Source: Gammaproteobacteria bacterium (GTDB lineage: Bacteria > Pseudomonadota > Gammaproteobacteria > JBCCGL01). Taken from it: a stretch of 64,000 nt of DNA. Location: contig OZ255836.1 of the NCBI GenBank assembly GCA_965277715.1, forward strand, positions 3,104,001 through 3,168,000, read 5' to 3'. Shown here in pieces: positions 11,583 through 21,444 of this stretch (the stretch's first letter is position 1; every line of letters starts with the position of its first letter). The notes under the pieces are model-generated. The model saw nothing but the letters and a program-made list of their open reading frames with translations. It was not told where the DNA came from and made no database searches. Made by a program: the position numbers and the translations under genes.

Positions 11583-11789
11583 TCCGGTACCCGGCGTATA
11601 CCGACACTGATGGATAAATAACAAAAACGAGGAACCCACCTGACAAAAATTGGTCGTAAACCATTAATTTACAAGATTAATACTACACTACCAGGCATAA
11701 CCCATCTGTACTTAAATTTTACACAACCCAAAGTGGGAAGTGTTTACGTCAAATTGGCCTAAAGTAGTATATAGTCAATATATATTTGA

Positions 11790-12815
11790 GTGGAGGTCTC
11801 TATGCTTGCAAATGTACCGACAGCATCCTTTAGAGGGTGTCGCCATTCAAGCGTGAAAATCGCACTGATGGCGCTAGGTATCGGGCTGGTATTATCCTCT
11901 CCCACCATTGCAGAAGAAGACCTTACTGCCTTCATTAAGCCAATCCCCAAGACCATCGACTATTCAAAACCAAAAGCCGAACTGGGCAGAAAGCTGTTTT
12001 TTGAAACCGCTATATCAGCCAACAAAAGTATGTCGTGTGCCTCGTGCCATTTCATGACCAAGCGCGGTGCCGGTGTTGACCGCCTTCCCCTGTCTGTGGG
12101 GGTGAATGGAAAAGAAACCAAACGCAACACACCCACGGTATACAATTCCGTCTTCAACTTTCGGCAAAACTGGGATGGAAAATTCGACAATCTCAAAGAC
12201 CATGCCAAAGCACCGCTGCTGAACCCTAGCGTAATGGGTATGTCGGATATGCAGGATGTCGTTGAGGTATTGGAAAGCCTACCCGGTTATCAGGAAACGT
12301 TTCAACAGGTCTACGGTGTTGGCATTACCGCAGGCGCTATACAGACGTCACTGGCTGAGTTTCAAAAAAGCCTGATCACGCCTAACGGCCCCTTTGACCG
12401 CTACATCCAGGGCGATAGCACGGCTATCAGCGAACAGGCCAAGCGTGGCTATCAGAAATTTAAAAATTATGGCTGTGTTAGCTGCCACCAGGGCGTCAAT
12501 GTCGGTGGCAATCTGTTTCAAAAATTTGGTGTACTGAAAGATACCAGCCTGAGAAATATCAATGACACCGATTTGGGTCGTTATGAAATTACTAAAAATG
12601 AGTGGGACAAACGCGTATTCCGTGTGCCCAGCTTACGCCTGGCAGCACTCACGCCACCTTATTTTCACGATGGTTCGGCCGCCACGCTCGATGAAGCCGT
12701 TAACACTATGATCATCTATCAACTGGGCCGCGACTTTGATGTCCCTGCCGCCGATAGAAAAGATATTATAGAGTTCTTAAAAACACTCCCAGGTGAAATA
12801 GAGGAGTATCGATAA
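11790..12815 (+). CDS. Di-haem cytochrome c peroxidase/MauG-family protein
   Basis: CASCH and CVSCH haem motifs, RNTPTVYN, WDG, FRVPSLR...PYFHDGS; signal peptide. Confidence 0.9.
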   Translation: MEVSMLANVPTASFRGCRHSSVKIALMALGIGLVLSSPTIAEEDLTAFIKPIPKTIDYSKPKAELGRKLFFETAISANKSMSCASCHFMTKRGAGVDRLPLSVGVNGKETKRNTPTVYNSVFNFRQNWDGKFDNLKDHAKAPLLNPSVMGMSDMQDVVEVLESLPGYQETFQQVYGVGITAGAIQTSLAEFQKSLITPNGPFDRYIQGDSTAISEQAKRGYQKFKNYGCVSCHQGVNVGGNLFQKFGVLKDTSLRNINDTDLGRYEITKNEWDKRVFRVPSLRLAALTPPYFHDGSAATLDEAVNTMIIYQLGRDFDVPAADRKDIIEFLKTLPGEIEEYR

Positions 12816-14026
12816 TGATTAAGTATATTCTTACAGTCCTGTTACTGATTGGTGGTGCTATCGCACTCACTGGTTATGCGTTTATCAATTTCAATCAGGT
12901 CGATAAACAAGAGGCACAAAAAGTGATTGTGCTACTCAACAACCTGGAGCAGGCGAATAAAGAGCTCGATAAACTGGTATTGAAATCCCGTTATGGTTTA
13001 GACAAAAACTACGACGCACTCGTTGCACTTAGCAAGCAAATAAACACTTACTTTAGTGCTTTGCGCTTTCTGACAAACAATGAATCTGAGGTTTTGAAAA
13101 ACAACCCTGACTGGCAGAGTGCCATTAAACGGTACGATAGTATTAATGAGATTCGACTTGGTGCGGTTGAAAGTTTCAAACGGCATAATGCTGTATTGAG
13201 AAATTCAGTGGGGTATGTACCTGATTTAGGCCGGGAGCTGGAAAGATTAACAGCAGGTGACGACGCCTTGCAAATCCTTATCAAAAAAACAAATCAGGCA
13301 ATACTCAATTACCTGGCCGACAATGATCAGGATGAAGCTGTTAAGACCATGCGCCAGCTATTACCTGAATTAACGCGCAACGAATTTTTGTTTCCTGAAG
13401 AAAATGCACCACTGTTCTTTCAATATATCAGTCATGTGAAAGCAATTTCACAAGAGCACCCTTCGACAGAGGCGTATGTTAAGCAGGTGATAGGGGTGTC
13501 TGTCGGGAAAAGCATTGGAGCCTTAAGCGAGCTACTCTCCGTGCTATACCCCGCTAAAGGCAAGGCTATCAAAAATATGATGGCGGCATTTTCACTTTAT
13601 ATTATCGTTGCATTGATTATTGCCAGCTTTCTTATTATCAAACTTGCTTTGGGGCGTCGGGGTAAAAGGGAACAGGCTGATGCTGAGGCATCGCAGTTAC
13701 AAATAGAGGCACTGACAGTTGAAAATGCGCATTTCAGCGAGCGATTACAATTTAGCGAAGTGGCACTAGAGGTTGCTATGCGGGGCAGTAAACGTATTCG
13801 CAAATACATGGCTGTCTACGCGGAATTGTTCAGTGTGCTGGCAGATAACGAAAAAGAACTCAGGTCGCCAGCACCGGATAGAAAAAAACTGGGAGCCGGG
13901 TTGAAGAAAAGTATCAAGATTTTTTCCAGAAACAAGCTGGTTAATTCCGTTGATGAAATCCAAAAGACACTTAACAGCCTGGAAAAAAATGTCACTGAAA
14001 TGAAACAGACCGATGTTATTAAGTAG
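12815..14026 (+). CDS. DAHL sensor-domain membrane protein with no recognisable output domain
   Basis: TM, LVLKSRYGLDKNYDAL, VESFKRHNAVLRNS, second TM, coiled-coil tail; TAATG coupling to the peroxidase gene. Confidence 0.75.
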   Translation: MIKYILTVLLLIGGAIALTGYAFINFNQVDKQEAQKVIVLLNNLEQANKELDKLVLKSRYGLDKNYDALVALSKQINTYFSALRFLTNNESEVLKNNPDWQSAIKRYDSINEIRLGAVESFKRHNAVLRNSVGYVPDLGRELERLTAGDDALQILIKKTNQAILNYLADNDQDEAVKTMRQLLPELTRNEFLFPEENAPLFFQYISHVKAISQEHPSTEAYVKQVIGVSVGKSIGALSELLSVLYPAKGKAIKNMMAAFSLYIIVALIIASFLIIKLALGRRGKREQADAEASQLQIEALTVENAHFSERLQFSEVALEVAMRGSKRIRKYMAVYAELFSVLADNEKELRSPAPDRKKLGAGLKKSIKIFSRNKLVNSVDEIQKTLNSLEKNVTEMKQTDVIK

Positions 14027-14087
14027 TAACTATTAGTACATCATTAATTTTGAATTGATGGTTTATTTGGTGTTTACTTTTATGTAG

Positions 14088-14200
14088 GTGCGAGCTTCTT
14101 TATTTGGAAAACTCGATCCGATGAGAAAAGTCCCGGTGCTCGTCGATAATGATAATGCTATTTGGGAATCTAATACGATATTGAGGTATCTGTCAGAAGA
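14088..14200 (+). pseudogene. Glutathione S-transferase N-terminal relic
   Basis: KLDPMRKVPVLVDNDNAIWESNTILRYL matches the GST-N motif; the rest is absent. Confidence 0.7.
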
Positions 14201-14217
14201 CGCACTCTCAAGCAGAT

Positions 14218-15114
14218 TCAACTCAGGCTTCCGTGTTCAACTTTGCTTTTTCCTTCTGATTTTATTTGTTCAAATAATCGACTCAGCACCGGTTTTGGGC
14301 CAGACTCAGTTATATTAAGCTGTTCTTTCGGAAAAAATTCCATTGTCTTTAACCACTGAACTGGGTTAGAAAGCTGCCTGGTCAGAAGGTCAATAAGCTG
14401 TACAGGGTCATTCATAGGATAGTAATCGGCTGTCACATTGGCAATAACTGGAATCTGAAGCGGAAAAAAGTGACATGTCTGTAAAAACGCTTCAAATGAG
14501 GGTGTAATAGACCGCATAGCATTCGAGTGAAACGCACCGCTAACATTCAGCCAATGAAATTGCGTATTTAAACCATCGATACGCTGCTCTAGTGTAGTCA
14601 ATTGATCCAGGTTTCCTGAAACAACGAGCTGTTTGTGGGTATTGATATTGGCGATATCCAGCTGATCATATGCACTGTCGGTAATAATATCACTCACATC
14701 GGTATAGCTCAGACCAATGACCGCAGCCATACTGCCATTTTTGCATGTATTCATTAGTCTGCCGCGTTCAGCAACAATGCGCAGCCCCGTTTCAAAACTA
14801 AAGGCACCTGCTGCAAACAAAGCACAGTACTCACCAAGACTATGACCTGCCAATACATCTGGCTTATCCGGTTGGCGCTCAATATTATCTAAATAGTGAA
14901 GGATGTTCACAACATAAAGCGCCGGTTGGGTAAATTGCGTACTGGCCAACTGCTGCTCTGGGTCATCAAGGCATAAAGATTTAAGCGAATAGCCAAGCAC
15001 CTCATCCGCCAACTGCAAATGGTATTCATAACGATCAAATAACGGTGCCCCCATTCCCACAAACTGTGCACCTTGACCAGGAAACACGGTGATATTGGTC
15101 TCGTTCATCGGCAC
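14218..15114 (-). CDS. Stand-alone malonyl-CoA:ACP acyltransferase (FabD-like, trans-AT PKS type)
   Basis: FPGQGAQ, STQFTQPALYVVN, GHSLGEY, R in AERG, NVSGAFHS; not in a fab operon. Confidence 0.88.
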   Translation of the reverse strand: MPMNETNITVFPGQGAQFVGMGAPLFDRYEYHLQLADEVLGYSLKSLCLDDPEQQLASTQFTQPALYVVNILHYLDNIERQPDKPDVLAGHSLGEYCALFAAGAFSFETGLRIVAERGRLMNTCKNGSMAAVIGLSYTDVSDIITDSAYDQLDIANINTHKQLVVSGNLDQLTTLEQRIDGLNTQFHWLNVSGAFHSNAMRSITPSFEAFLQTCHFFPLQIPVIANVTADYYPMNDPVQLIDLLTRQLSNPVQWLKTMEFFPKEQLNITESGPKPVLSRLFEQIKSEGKSKVEHGSLS

Positions 15115-15126
15115 GCTCCTACGCCT

Positions 15127-15549
15127 CTAGGCAACATTGACGTTTTTACGTTTCTGTAAATGGTAAGTTAAAGCCATTTCCAGACACACCTGTAATTCGG
15201 CTTCAGGTATTGGGTTATCTGGGTCAAGCACTATGGCGCGATTTTTTGAGAACTCAAACACACCCGGAAAGAGCGTACCGAATGTATCTACTAACGTGGT
15301 TTTACAGTGAAAAAATACGGCAATTTTATCCGGGCCAAATCGATCCAGGCGCACTGTACTGCCCGATTTACTTTTGTGTGTCACGTAGCCTGGTTGCCCC
15401 CATTTTAGTGTTTCCTGTAAAGGGCCTATCTCCTGGGACTGCTCTGACAATGTAAATATCCACTCCCTTATTTTTAGCAATGGATCACGAAACCGGGCTG
15501 AATATCCGACAAAAACTGATTCGACAGATGCATCATCAAACTTTTTCAT
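15127..15549 (-). CDS. DUF1801/YdhG-like protein
   Basis: LQETLKWGQPGY, SGSTVRL, FHCKTTLVDTF, NRAI, ALTYH. Confidence 0.85.
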   Translation of the reverse strand: MKKFDDASVESVFVGYSARFRDPLLKIREWIFTLSEQSQEIGPLQETLKWGQPGYVTHKSKSGSTVRLDRFGPDKIAVFFHCKTTLVDTFGTLFPGVFEFSKNRAIVLDPDNPIPEAELQVCLEMALTYHLQKRKNVNVA

Positions 15550-15978
15550 TGTTTCACCTCTCTATTTTGAACCATTTTCTCTGGCTGCCAGAGCATAATT
15601 AATTGATCACTATTGCTATAGTCATTAGCATGTGACCACAGATACTGGATAACACTTGCCATTTGCTCAGCCTCCTCTGATACAAAATAATGCTTACCCT
15701 GATCGAGTACGACCAGGTGTGTATGTTGCGCGTAGCGCTTCCAGTTCAGGTAATTACGGTTAAAACGCTTGGTGAGTGGGTCATCTGCGCTCACTACCGT
15801 AATAATAGGACAATCTACCAAACGCTTGTCATGCCATTCCTTTTGATACAGATAAGCATTTTTAGACCCTCTTCGGAAATTTGCCAACATAAATGCCAGT
15901 GCATCGGCGGAAATAGTGTCAGTGGGGCCTCCCCAGCGCTGTATCAGCTTATGTAAACGTGCGTTTGACACCCACCGC
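15546..15978 (-). pseudogene. C-terminal half of a thioesterase domain (PKS/NRPS-type), cut by IS4
   Basis: CPIITVVSADDPLT...WKRYA...LVVLDQGKHYF (catalytic His region); the GxSxG half is missing and the ORF-track N-terminus comes from the IS end. Confidence 0.7.
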
Positions 15979-17554
15979 CATGGGTCTGAGATTGGCAGGG
16001 ATGTAAATATTTTCATCAGTGTTTCAAAATTCCTGGCTGTCGAGGTTTTAAATGCCTCACTAAGCTATGCATAATAGTTCTAAGAGACTTTCTTGTCATT
16101 ATTGCATTTTGCAGAGAGCGGATGGTGAATGAGCATATACGGGTAATTCTAGCGTAAAAAAACAATGGGTTAACAAAGCCGCCTTTTTTCTGGGCAATTT
16201 GTTGTCTCTTATCAAGCATTTTAGTGTATTTTTTATCAGATGGATGAATACATTCCAGGTTCTTTGTTTTTGATATTTCTTCAAAAATACGCATGATATT
16301 ATAGGCCATGGCAGTAAAACGCATTTGACTGTTCAGCGCATTCAGGTTTGAAGACCAGGCTTTTCTTTCGGTGAAATCACTTTTACTATTGTTGAATGAT
16401 TTTTCTATCGTCCAACGCTTGTAATAGAGCATAGCAATAGTGCCTGGGTTAATTGACTCTGGTAGCGTTGAAATAAATTGATGTAATTGACCTGTTTCTG
16501 GGTCGCGGTATTTAACAATATGAAATTGGACCTTTTTATTTTTATATACACTATAGCCTTCAACCCCTGTATTAATTTCACTACCCTGGTCATAGGGTAT
16601 AGAGTTGACAAAAGTTGCAACTGCATTTTCTTTGAGTACTGAAATCATAAAATTCTGATGCTGTTTTTGCTTTTCCCACCATGCATAATCAGTCACCGCC
16701 TTATCGTATATATAGAGATGCTTTTGCCAAGTCTCTTTTTCGCCACAACGTTGTTCAATATAAGAACGTAACGCGGGTATTTCCTGGTGCCGTTCAGTAC
16801 CGTTAGTCACGACACAAAGTGGTCTTAGAAGTCCATTTCTGAGGTTCAAGGCATGAATAAAGCCTGCTGCGAAGACGTTGCCCTGACGATTTTTCTCTGT
16901 GTGACAAGCATGCTGTATAAAATGACCATCAGCTGCTTCTACTCGATATTCTTCAAGTTCAGGAAATTGTTTTAAATAATCAATGTCCAAAGAAGATAAT
17001 TTCTCACTTTGCAGTTGATAGCTTTGCTTTTCCATGGCTTGCATCATCTTCATCCGTCTTGTCGACTTCAATGCGTTAAAATAGCTTGAATGACAAATTG
17101 TCTCGTCGTATATTTCATCCGTAACCTGTAGATAGTGACGACCACTATGTACAAGACTTATACAGCGAAGTAACCCATGTCGAGAAAAAGCTACGTCATC
17201 AATGGAATCGCATGATCTTTTCCATAAAGGGAAGCGTTCAGCAGCAATTGCTTTTTCCATACTTATTTTACAGTGTTCGGTGATATATTCTTCAACGGTC
17301 ATCATTTCGTTCATATTCAATTTGCCCATTTAATCAGATATTAAATGGGTATTTTAAAAAAAAATTCTGCTGGTGAATGCAAGTGTTTTTTTGGATAATT
17401 TTATTTATTTTATGAATTATAAAGCGTGTTATCGGTTTATAAAAAAACAGTACAAATATTATAAAAAATACTATTTGTAGCTTATGGCGGCTCTTTTCAG
17501 GTGTTATTCATTGCGTTATTAGCTTCCTGGCAGGATTCTAGTGGTACACCCATG
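15979..17554 (-). mobile_element. Second IS4-superfamily element (CATGGGT termini), no target duplication
   Basis: Ends CATGGGTGTACCAC (17554 inward, also present at 31216) and CATGGGTCTGAG (15979); flanks differ. Confidence 0.75.
16016..17329 (-). CDS. DDE transposase (IS4-like)
   Basis: AADGH, YIYDKA, LYYKRWTIEKSFNNSK (YREK). Confidence 0.88.
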   Translation of the reverse strand: MGKLNMNEMMTVEEYITEHCKISMEKAIAAERFPLWKRSCDSIDDVAFSRHGLLRCISLVHSGRHYLQVTDEIYDETICHSSYFNALKSTRRMKMMQAMEKQSYQLQSEKLSSLDIDYLKQFPELEEYRVEAADGHFIQHACHTEKNRQGNVFAAGFIHALNLRNGLLRPLCVVTNGTERHQEIPALRSYIEQRCGEKETWQKHLYIYDKAVTDYAWWEKQKQHQNFMISVLKENAVATFVNSIPYDQGSEINTGVEGYSVYKNKKVQFHIVKYRDPETGQLHQFISTLPESINPGTIAMLYYKRWTIEKSFNNSKSDFTERKAWSSNLNALNSQMRFTAMAYNIMRIFEEISKTKNLECIHPSDKKYTKMLDKRQQIAQKKGGFVNPLFFYARITRICSFTIRSLQNAIMTRKSLRTIMHSLVRHLKPRQPGILKH

Positions 17555-17965
17555 ATCTGACAAGTGATTAACAACCCAAACTTCATCATTATTTCTCGCT
17601 GCAACAGCGACTGGTTCTAACCCTACTTGTACTGAAGCCTTGTGAATCAACCCCCAACGATGTACACGAAATACTTCAAGCTTACTCGCTGGTGTATTTA
17701 CAGCAAACAACCACTTTCCATTAGGGGACATTGATAATGGTCTAACTTGACCTGACTCAAAAAGTGTAAAGTTACCCGTTGAATTTAGGTTAGATGTGGC
17801 AAGATTTGCTGTTGAAAAAAATGCAACAAAAAGCAATATCAGATATTTAAATGTTAATAGAAGCCACCTACCCCGGTCATAAGATTTTATTCGCCTAGAG
17901 AAAAGATGGTAATCAATATTTTTTATTGCCGTTCCAAAACAAAACATTTTACTAATAAAATACAT
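17555..17965 (-). pseudogene. N-terminal fragment of a secreted YVTN/YncE beta-propeller protein truncated by the IS
   Basis: Signal-like segment, then [24 protein letters not shown]...[24 protein letters not shown], then IS-derived residues. Confidence 0.8.
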
Positions 17966-18013
17966 GGGAATGCACTTACAGAAAATGGGGACATTGTGTT
18001 ATAAACTCTCACA

Positions 18014-18463
18014 TTACGACTGAGTACCAATATAAATAGCGATTTCTCCGCTACTCTGGTATCGCTCAAAATCACATTTGTAGGTATTCTCAAGATCCGT
18101 CATATCCCATATTTCCTTCCATTTTTCAAATACTTTTTCTGGTTTCCCTCGCTCTATATCGAACTGATAATAGTTACTTGATGGAATAACAGCTTTACTC
18201 AAACCATCAGGAATATCGCTAAAGTCCTTGACTTCCATACCGATTAAAAATGAATACTGCCCTTTATTATCAATACCCTCATTTTCAAAATCAGTGTATA
18301 AGGCATAAACACTATCTGACGCCTTGTTGGTAATTTTTTCAGGCATAGATTCTGAGTAGAATTTTTGCCAAAGTGCCGGAATAATTTGTATAGCCTGCAT
18401 ATTATTTGTACGCACTAAAAGGCCAACAACTTTAATAGATTCAGTTACTTTTTTGGTAACCAT
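18014..18463 (-). CDS. GyrI-like / AraC effector-binding small-molecule-binding protein
   Basis: VVGL.VRTNN, IPALWQKF, YALYTDFE, W..IW, DFERY. Confidence 0.88.
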   Translation of the reverse strand: MVTKKVTESIKVVGLLVRTNNMQAIQIIPALWQKFYSESMPEKITNKASDSVYALYTDFENEGIDNKGQYSFLIGMEVKDFSDIPDGLSKAVIPSSNYYQFDIERGKPEKVFEKWKEIWDMTDLENTYKCDFERYQSSGEIAIYIGTQS

Positions 18464-18606
18464 GTTTTTTTACCCTCCTCTTTTTATATCTAGGCAATAT
18501 ATTTATATGGATAGTGTTCGCGCTAGTTTTTTTGAATTCTACTCAAAATAGTAGTAGAAAAAAAAGAAAGTAAAGTTTTTAACATTAAAATTAAGGTGTC
18601 CCGCTG

Positions 18607-18803
18607 GAATGGCACTTACTTAACAATTAATTTATTGAATAATAAAGAAAAAATGTTCTCTATGGTAGGATGTGGTGAGCAACGCGAACCGCATCAGCCG
18701 GGAATGATGCGGTTCCTGTCGTCACCACATCCTACTTTATCCTGATTTTTAGTGAGGATACTTTAATTAATTCAGCGGGTTAACTGCTAAGTAAGCGCTA
18801 TTC
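18607..18803. mobile_element. 197-bp non-autonomous IS4-derived miniature element (MITE)
   Basis: Ends GAATGGCACTTACTTA and TAAGTAAGCGCTATTC; flanks GTGTCCCGCTG and GGATCCCGCTG (9/11 match, degenerate TSD). Confidence 0.75.
18665..18735. repeat. GTAG-type REP doublet (REPIN-like hairpin)
   Basis: GTAGGATGTGGTGA...TCACCACATCCTAC 14-bp outer IR plus GAACCGCATCA/TGATGCGGTTC 11-bp inner IR. Confidence 0.8.
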
Positions 18804-19051
18804 GGATCCCGCTGGTTTTTTTGAGAAAATCAGCAGAGTATCTTAATTATCAAATACTTAGGTGTACTACCAATATTTTGTTAAGTTGATGAGAAAGTCA
18901 GTTTTTATGCAAAAATTGCCTGAAATATACGAAAAGATAATTTTCAATGGAATGAAACTATTTGATTTTATTCGTTAATTCTTCAAATCACTCTTAGCGG
19001 GAGCACCTGCATTAAAACAAAAACATCACCACTATAAACTGAAGGCATAGA

Positions 19052-19750
19052 ATGTTTACCTCACAAGAAAATAGCTTTTATTTACCCACATCGCCCATAA
19101 ATAGCTATGCATGCCAATATGAAGTAAATCAGTATAATGATGCGCTATTTAGCATTAATGGCATTGATTTACCTCAACAAATATCCAAAGCACCAGTAAA
19201 GAGAAAAGCGGAGTTTTTAGCTGGTCGTCTTTGTGCACACAAATCGCTTGAAAAGATCGGGCATGGCAATCACAGCGTTGATATAGGACACAATCGCTGC
19301 CCTGTATGGCCCCAAGGTGTGGTGGGTTCAATATCACATACCAAATCCACAGCCATTAGTATGGTGTCATGTGACACCCACACGACAGGCTTAGGCGTTG
19401 ATATTGAAAATATTATGTGTCCTGATATAGCAAACAAAATATATACACAAATCATTGACAACACCGAGTATGCACTATACCTTTCAGAATTCAGGCAAAA
19501 ACTTGAATTTACGCTTTTTCTAACGATCATATTTTCAGCAAAAGAGTGTCTCTTTAAAGCACTCTACCCTCGCGTTAATCGGTATTTTGGCTTTTCATCT
19601 GCACGCTTAGTCAATATTTTTCAATCGTCGGTTGAACTTGTAATAACAGAGGATCTCTGTGAGAAATGCTCAAAAGCGCCATACCATACCCTTCACTACC
19701 AACTAAAAAAAGACATGGTATTAGTTTGGATATCAATACACGATACCTAA
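19052..19750 (+). CDS. 4'-phosphopantetheinyl transferase (EntD/Sfp type)
   Basis: KRKAEFLAGR, PVWPQGVVGSISH, GVDIE, FSAKECLFKALYP. Confidence 0.92.
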   Translation: MFTSQENSFYLPTSPINSYACQYEVNQYNDALFSINGIDLPQQISKAPVKRKAEFLAGRLCAHKSLEKIGHGNHSVDIGHNRCPVWPQGVVGSISHTKSTAISMVSCDTHTTGLGVDIENIMCPDIANKIYTQIIDNTEYALYLSEFRQKLEFTLFLTIIFSAKECLFKALYPRVNRYFGFSSARLVNIFQSSVELVITEDLCEKCSKAPYHTLHYQLKKDMVLVWISIHDT

Positions 19751-19760
19751 AAAAGCGTTA

Positions 19761-19900
19761 GGCACAACCATTACCATTGATACGATGGACTGCCAGAAAA
19801 ATAATGATCAGGAAAATTGTGGCAGGAGGGTGGTGGCTATGTTATGGGCCTAAAAGACAATCAACCACGCTTATTTCAGCAAGGTGAAGCATTTGTCGAA
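19761..19900 (+). pseudogene. ISAs1-family transposase relic
   Basis: Frameshifted GTTITIDTMDCQK...IVAG..GYVMGLKDNQPRL resembles ISAs1 TIDAMGCQK...DYVLALKGNQ. Confidence 0.7.
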
Positions 19901-20017
19901 AAGTAGGAACAGTTGCTGAGAAGCGGTAGCTTCGCTGTGCACAACGTCAATAAATACCTGTACCTCGCGAGCGAAACCCCTGTAACACCACAGATAAATA
20001 CAAATATTAATAAACCA

Positions 20018-20046
20018 GTAGAGACAAAAACAGGTTTTGTCTCTAC
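20018..20046. repeat. GTAG-type REP palindrome / possible terminator after pntB
   Basis: GTAGAGACAAAA-acagg-TTTTGTCTCTAC 12-bp stem, 15 bp past the pntB stop. Confidence 0.7.
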
Positions 20047-20061
20047 CTCGTCTATTATTAT

Positions 20062-21444
20062 TTATTCACCCAAAGATTTAACCCCGGCAATTAAATCGAC
20101 CGCCGCCTGCTGCCCATCGCCGTATAGCATTTGTGTGTTATCCCCAAAGAACAAATGGTTTTCAATGCCCGAAAATCCTGTTCCCTGGCCGCGTTTGATA
20201 ACGATGACGTTGTGCGCTTTGTCAGCGTCCAGAATCGGCATACCATAGATTGGGCTTTGCCTGTCTGTCCGCGCCGCCGGGTTGACCACGTCATTGGCGC
20301 CGATTACCAGCGCTACGTCACAGGTGGCAAATTCGGCGTTAACCTCGTCGAGGTCGACAATCATGTCATACGGTACACCCGCCTCGGCCAATAACACATT
20401 CATATGCCCCGGCATCCGACCGGCCACTGGGTGAATGGCAAAGCGTACTTCCACACCACGCTTGGTCAGCAGTTCCGTAAGTTCCCATATTTTGTGCTGC
20501 GCCTGCGCCACTGCCATGCCATAACCGGGAATGATGATGACTTTTTCAGAATAGGCCATGGTAATCCCAGCATCCGTGGCATCGATGGCTTTCATGCTGC
20601 CGCTTGGACCTTCCGCTGTGCTTGTGCCTTCATCGGCACCAAACCCGGAAAACAGCACATTGGCCAATGAACGGTTCATCGCTTTGGCCATCAACTGGGT
20701 CAGCAACGTGCCCGCTGAACCAACGACGATACCGGCAATCATCATCGCCGGATTTGCCAGTACAAACCCCTCAAAGCCCACGGCCAGCCCGGTGAGTGCA
20801 TTGAACAGTGAAATCACCACAGGCATATCCGCACCGCCAATAGGCACGGTCATCATTACGCCAAATAGCAGTGCCAGGCCAAAAAACAGCAGCAATATCA
20901 AACCGTGCGAGCCTGTACTGGTAGCCAGGATCAACCCGAGTAAGGCCGTCAGGGCAAAGACGGAGAGGTTGACCAGTTGTTGGTGAGGAAACTTGTACAG
21001 CCTGGTTAAAATACCCTGTAGTTTGGCAAAGGCAATCAACGACCCGGAAAAAGCAATCGCACCAATCAGGGCGCCTAATACTGCCAGCGCCTGAGCGGCG
21101 GCGGTATGTTCTACCCCTTTAATCAACTCAACTGCCGCTATCGCCGCCGCTGCACCACCGCCCATGCCGTTATACAGCGCGATCATTTGCGGCATATCGG
21201 TCATCGCGACCTTTTTACCGCTATACCAGGCAATACCTGAACTGGCCGCTATAGCGAGCACGATTAACAGGTAGTTCTCCATCCCCGGTGTGAGGAAGGT
21301 GGCCAGCGTGGCAATCAACATTCCCACCCCGGCCCAAATGATACCGGCACGTGCAGTGACCGGTGAGCTCATGCGTTTCAGACCAAAAATAAACAATACC
21401 GCTGCGATAAAGTAGCTGGCGTTGATTGCGAATGAAAATGTCAT
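20062..21444 (-). CDS. pntB: NAD(P) transhydrogenase subunit beta
   Basis: IGGADMPVVIS, PGYGMAVAQAQ, HPVAGRMPGHMNVLLAEA. Confidence 0.97.
   Translation of the reverse strand: MTFSFAINASYFIAAVLFIFGLKRMSSPVTARAGIIWAGVGMLIATLATFLTPGMENYLLIVLAIAASSGIAWYSGKKVAMTDMPQMIALYNGMGGGAAAAIAAVELIKGVEHTAAAQALAVLGALIGAIAFSGSLIAFAKLQGILTRLYKFPHQQLVNLSVFALTALLGLILATSTGSHGLILLLFFGLALLFGVMMTVPIGGADMPVVISLFNALTGLAVGFEGFVLANPAMMIAGIVVGSAGTLLTQLMAKAMNRSLANVLFSGFGADEGTSTAEGPSGSMKAIDATDAGITMAYSEKVIIIPGYGMAVAQAQHKIWELTELLTKRGVEVRFAIHPVAGRMPGHMNVLLAEAGVPYDMIVDLDEVNAEFATCDVALVIGANDVVNPAARTDRQSPIYGMPILDADKAHNVIVIKRGQGTGFSGIENHLFFGDNTQMLYGDGQQAAVDLIAGVKSLGE

Noticed and set aside
15979-16016. Apparent translational coupling of transposase and the 156-aa ORF
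   Set aside because: The first residues derive from the IS end fused to a broken thioesterase
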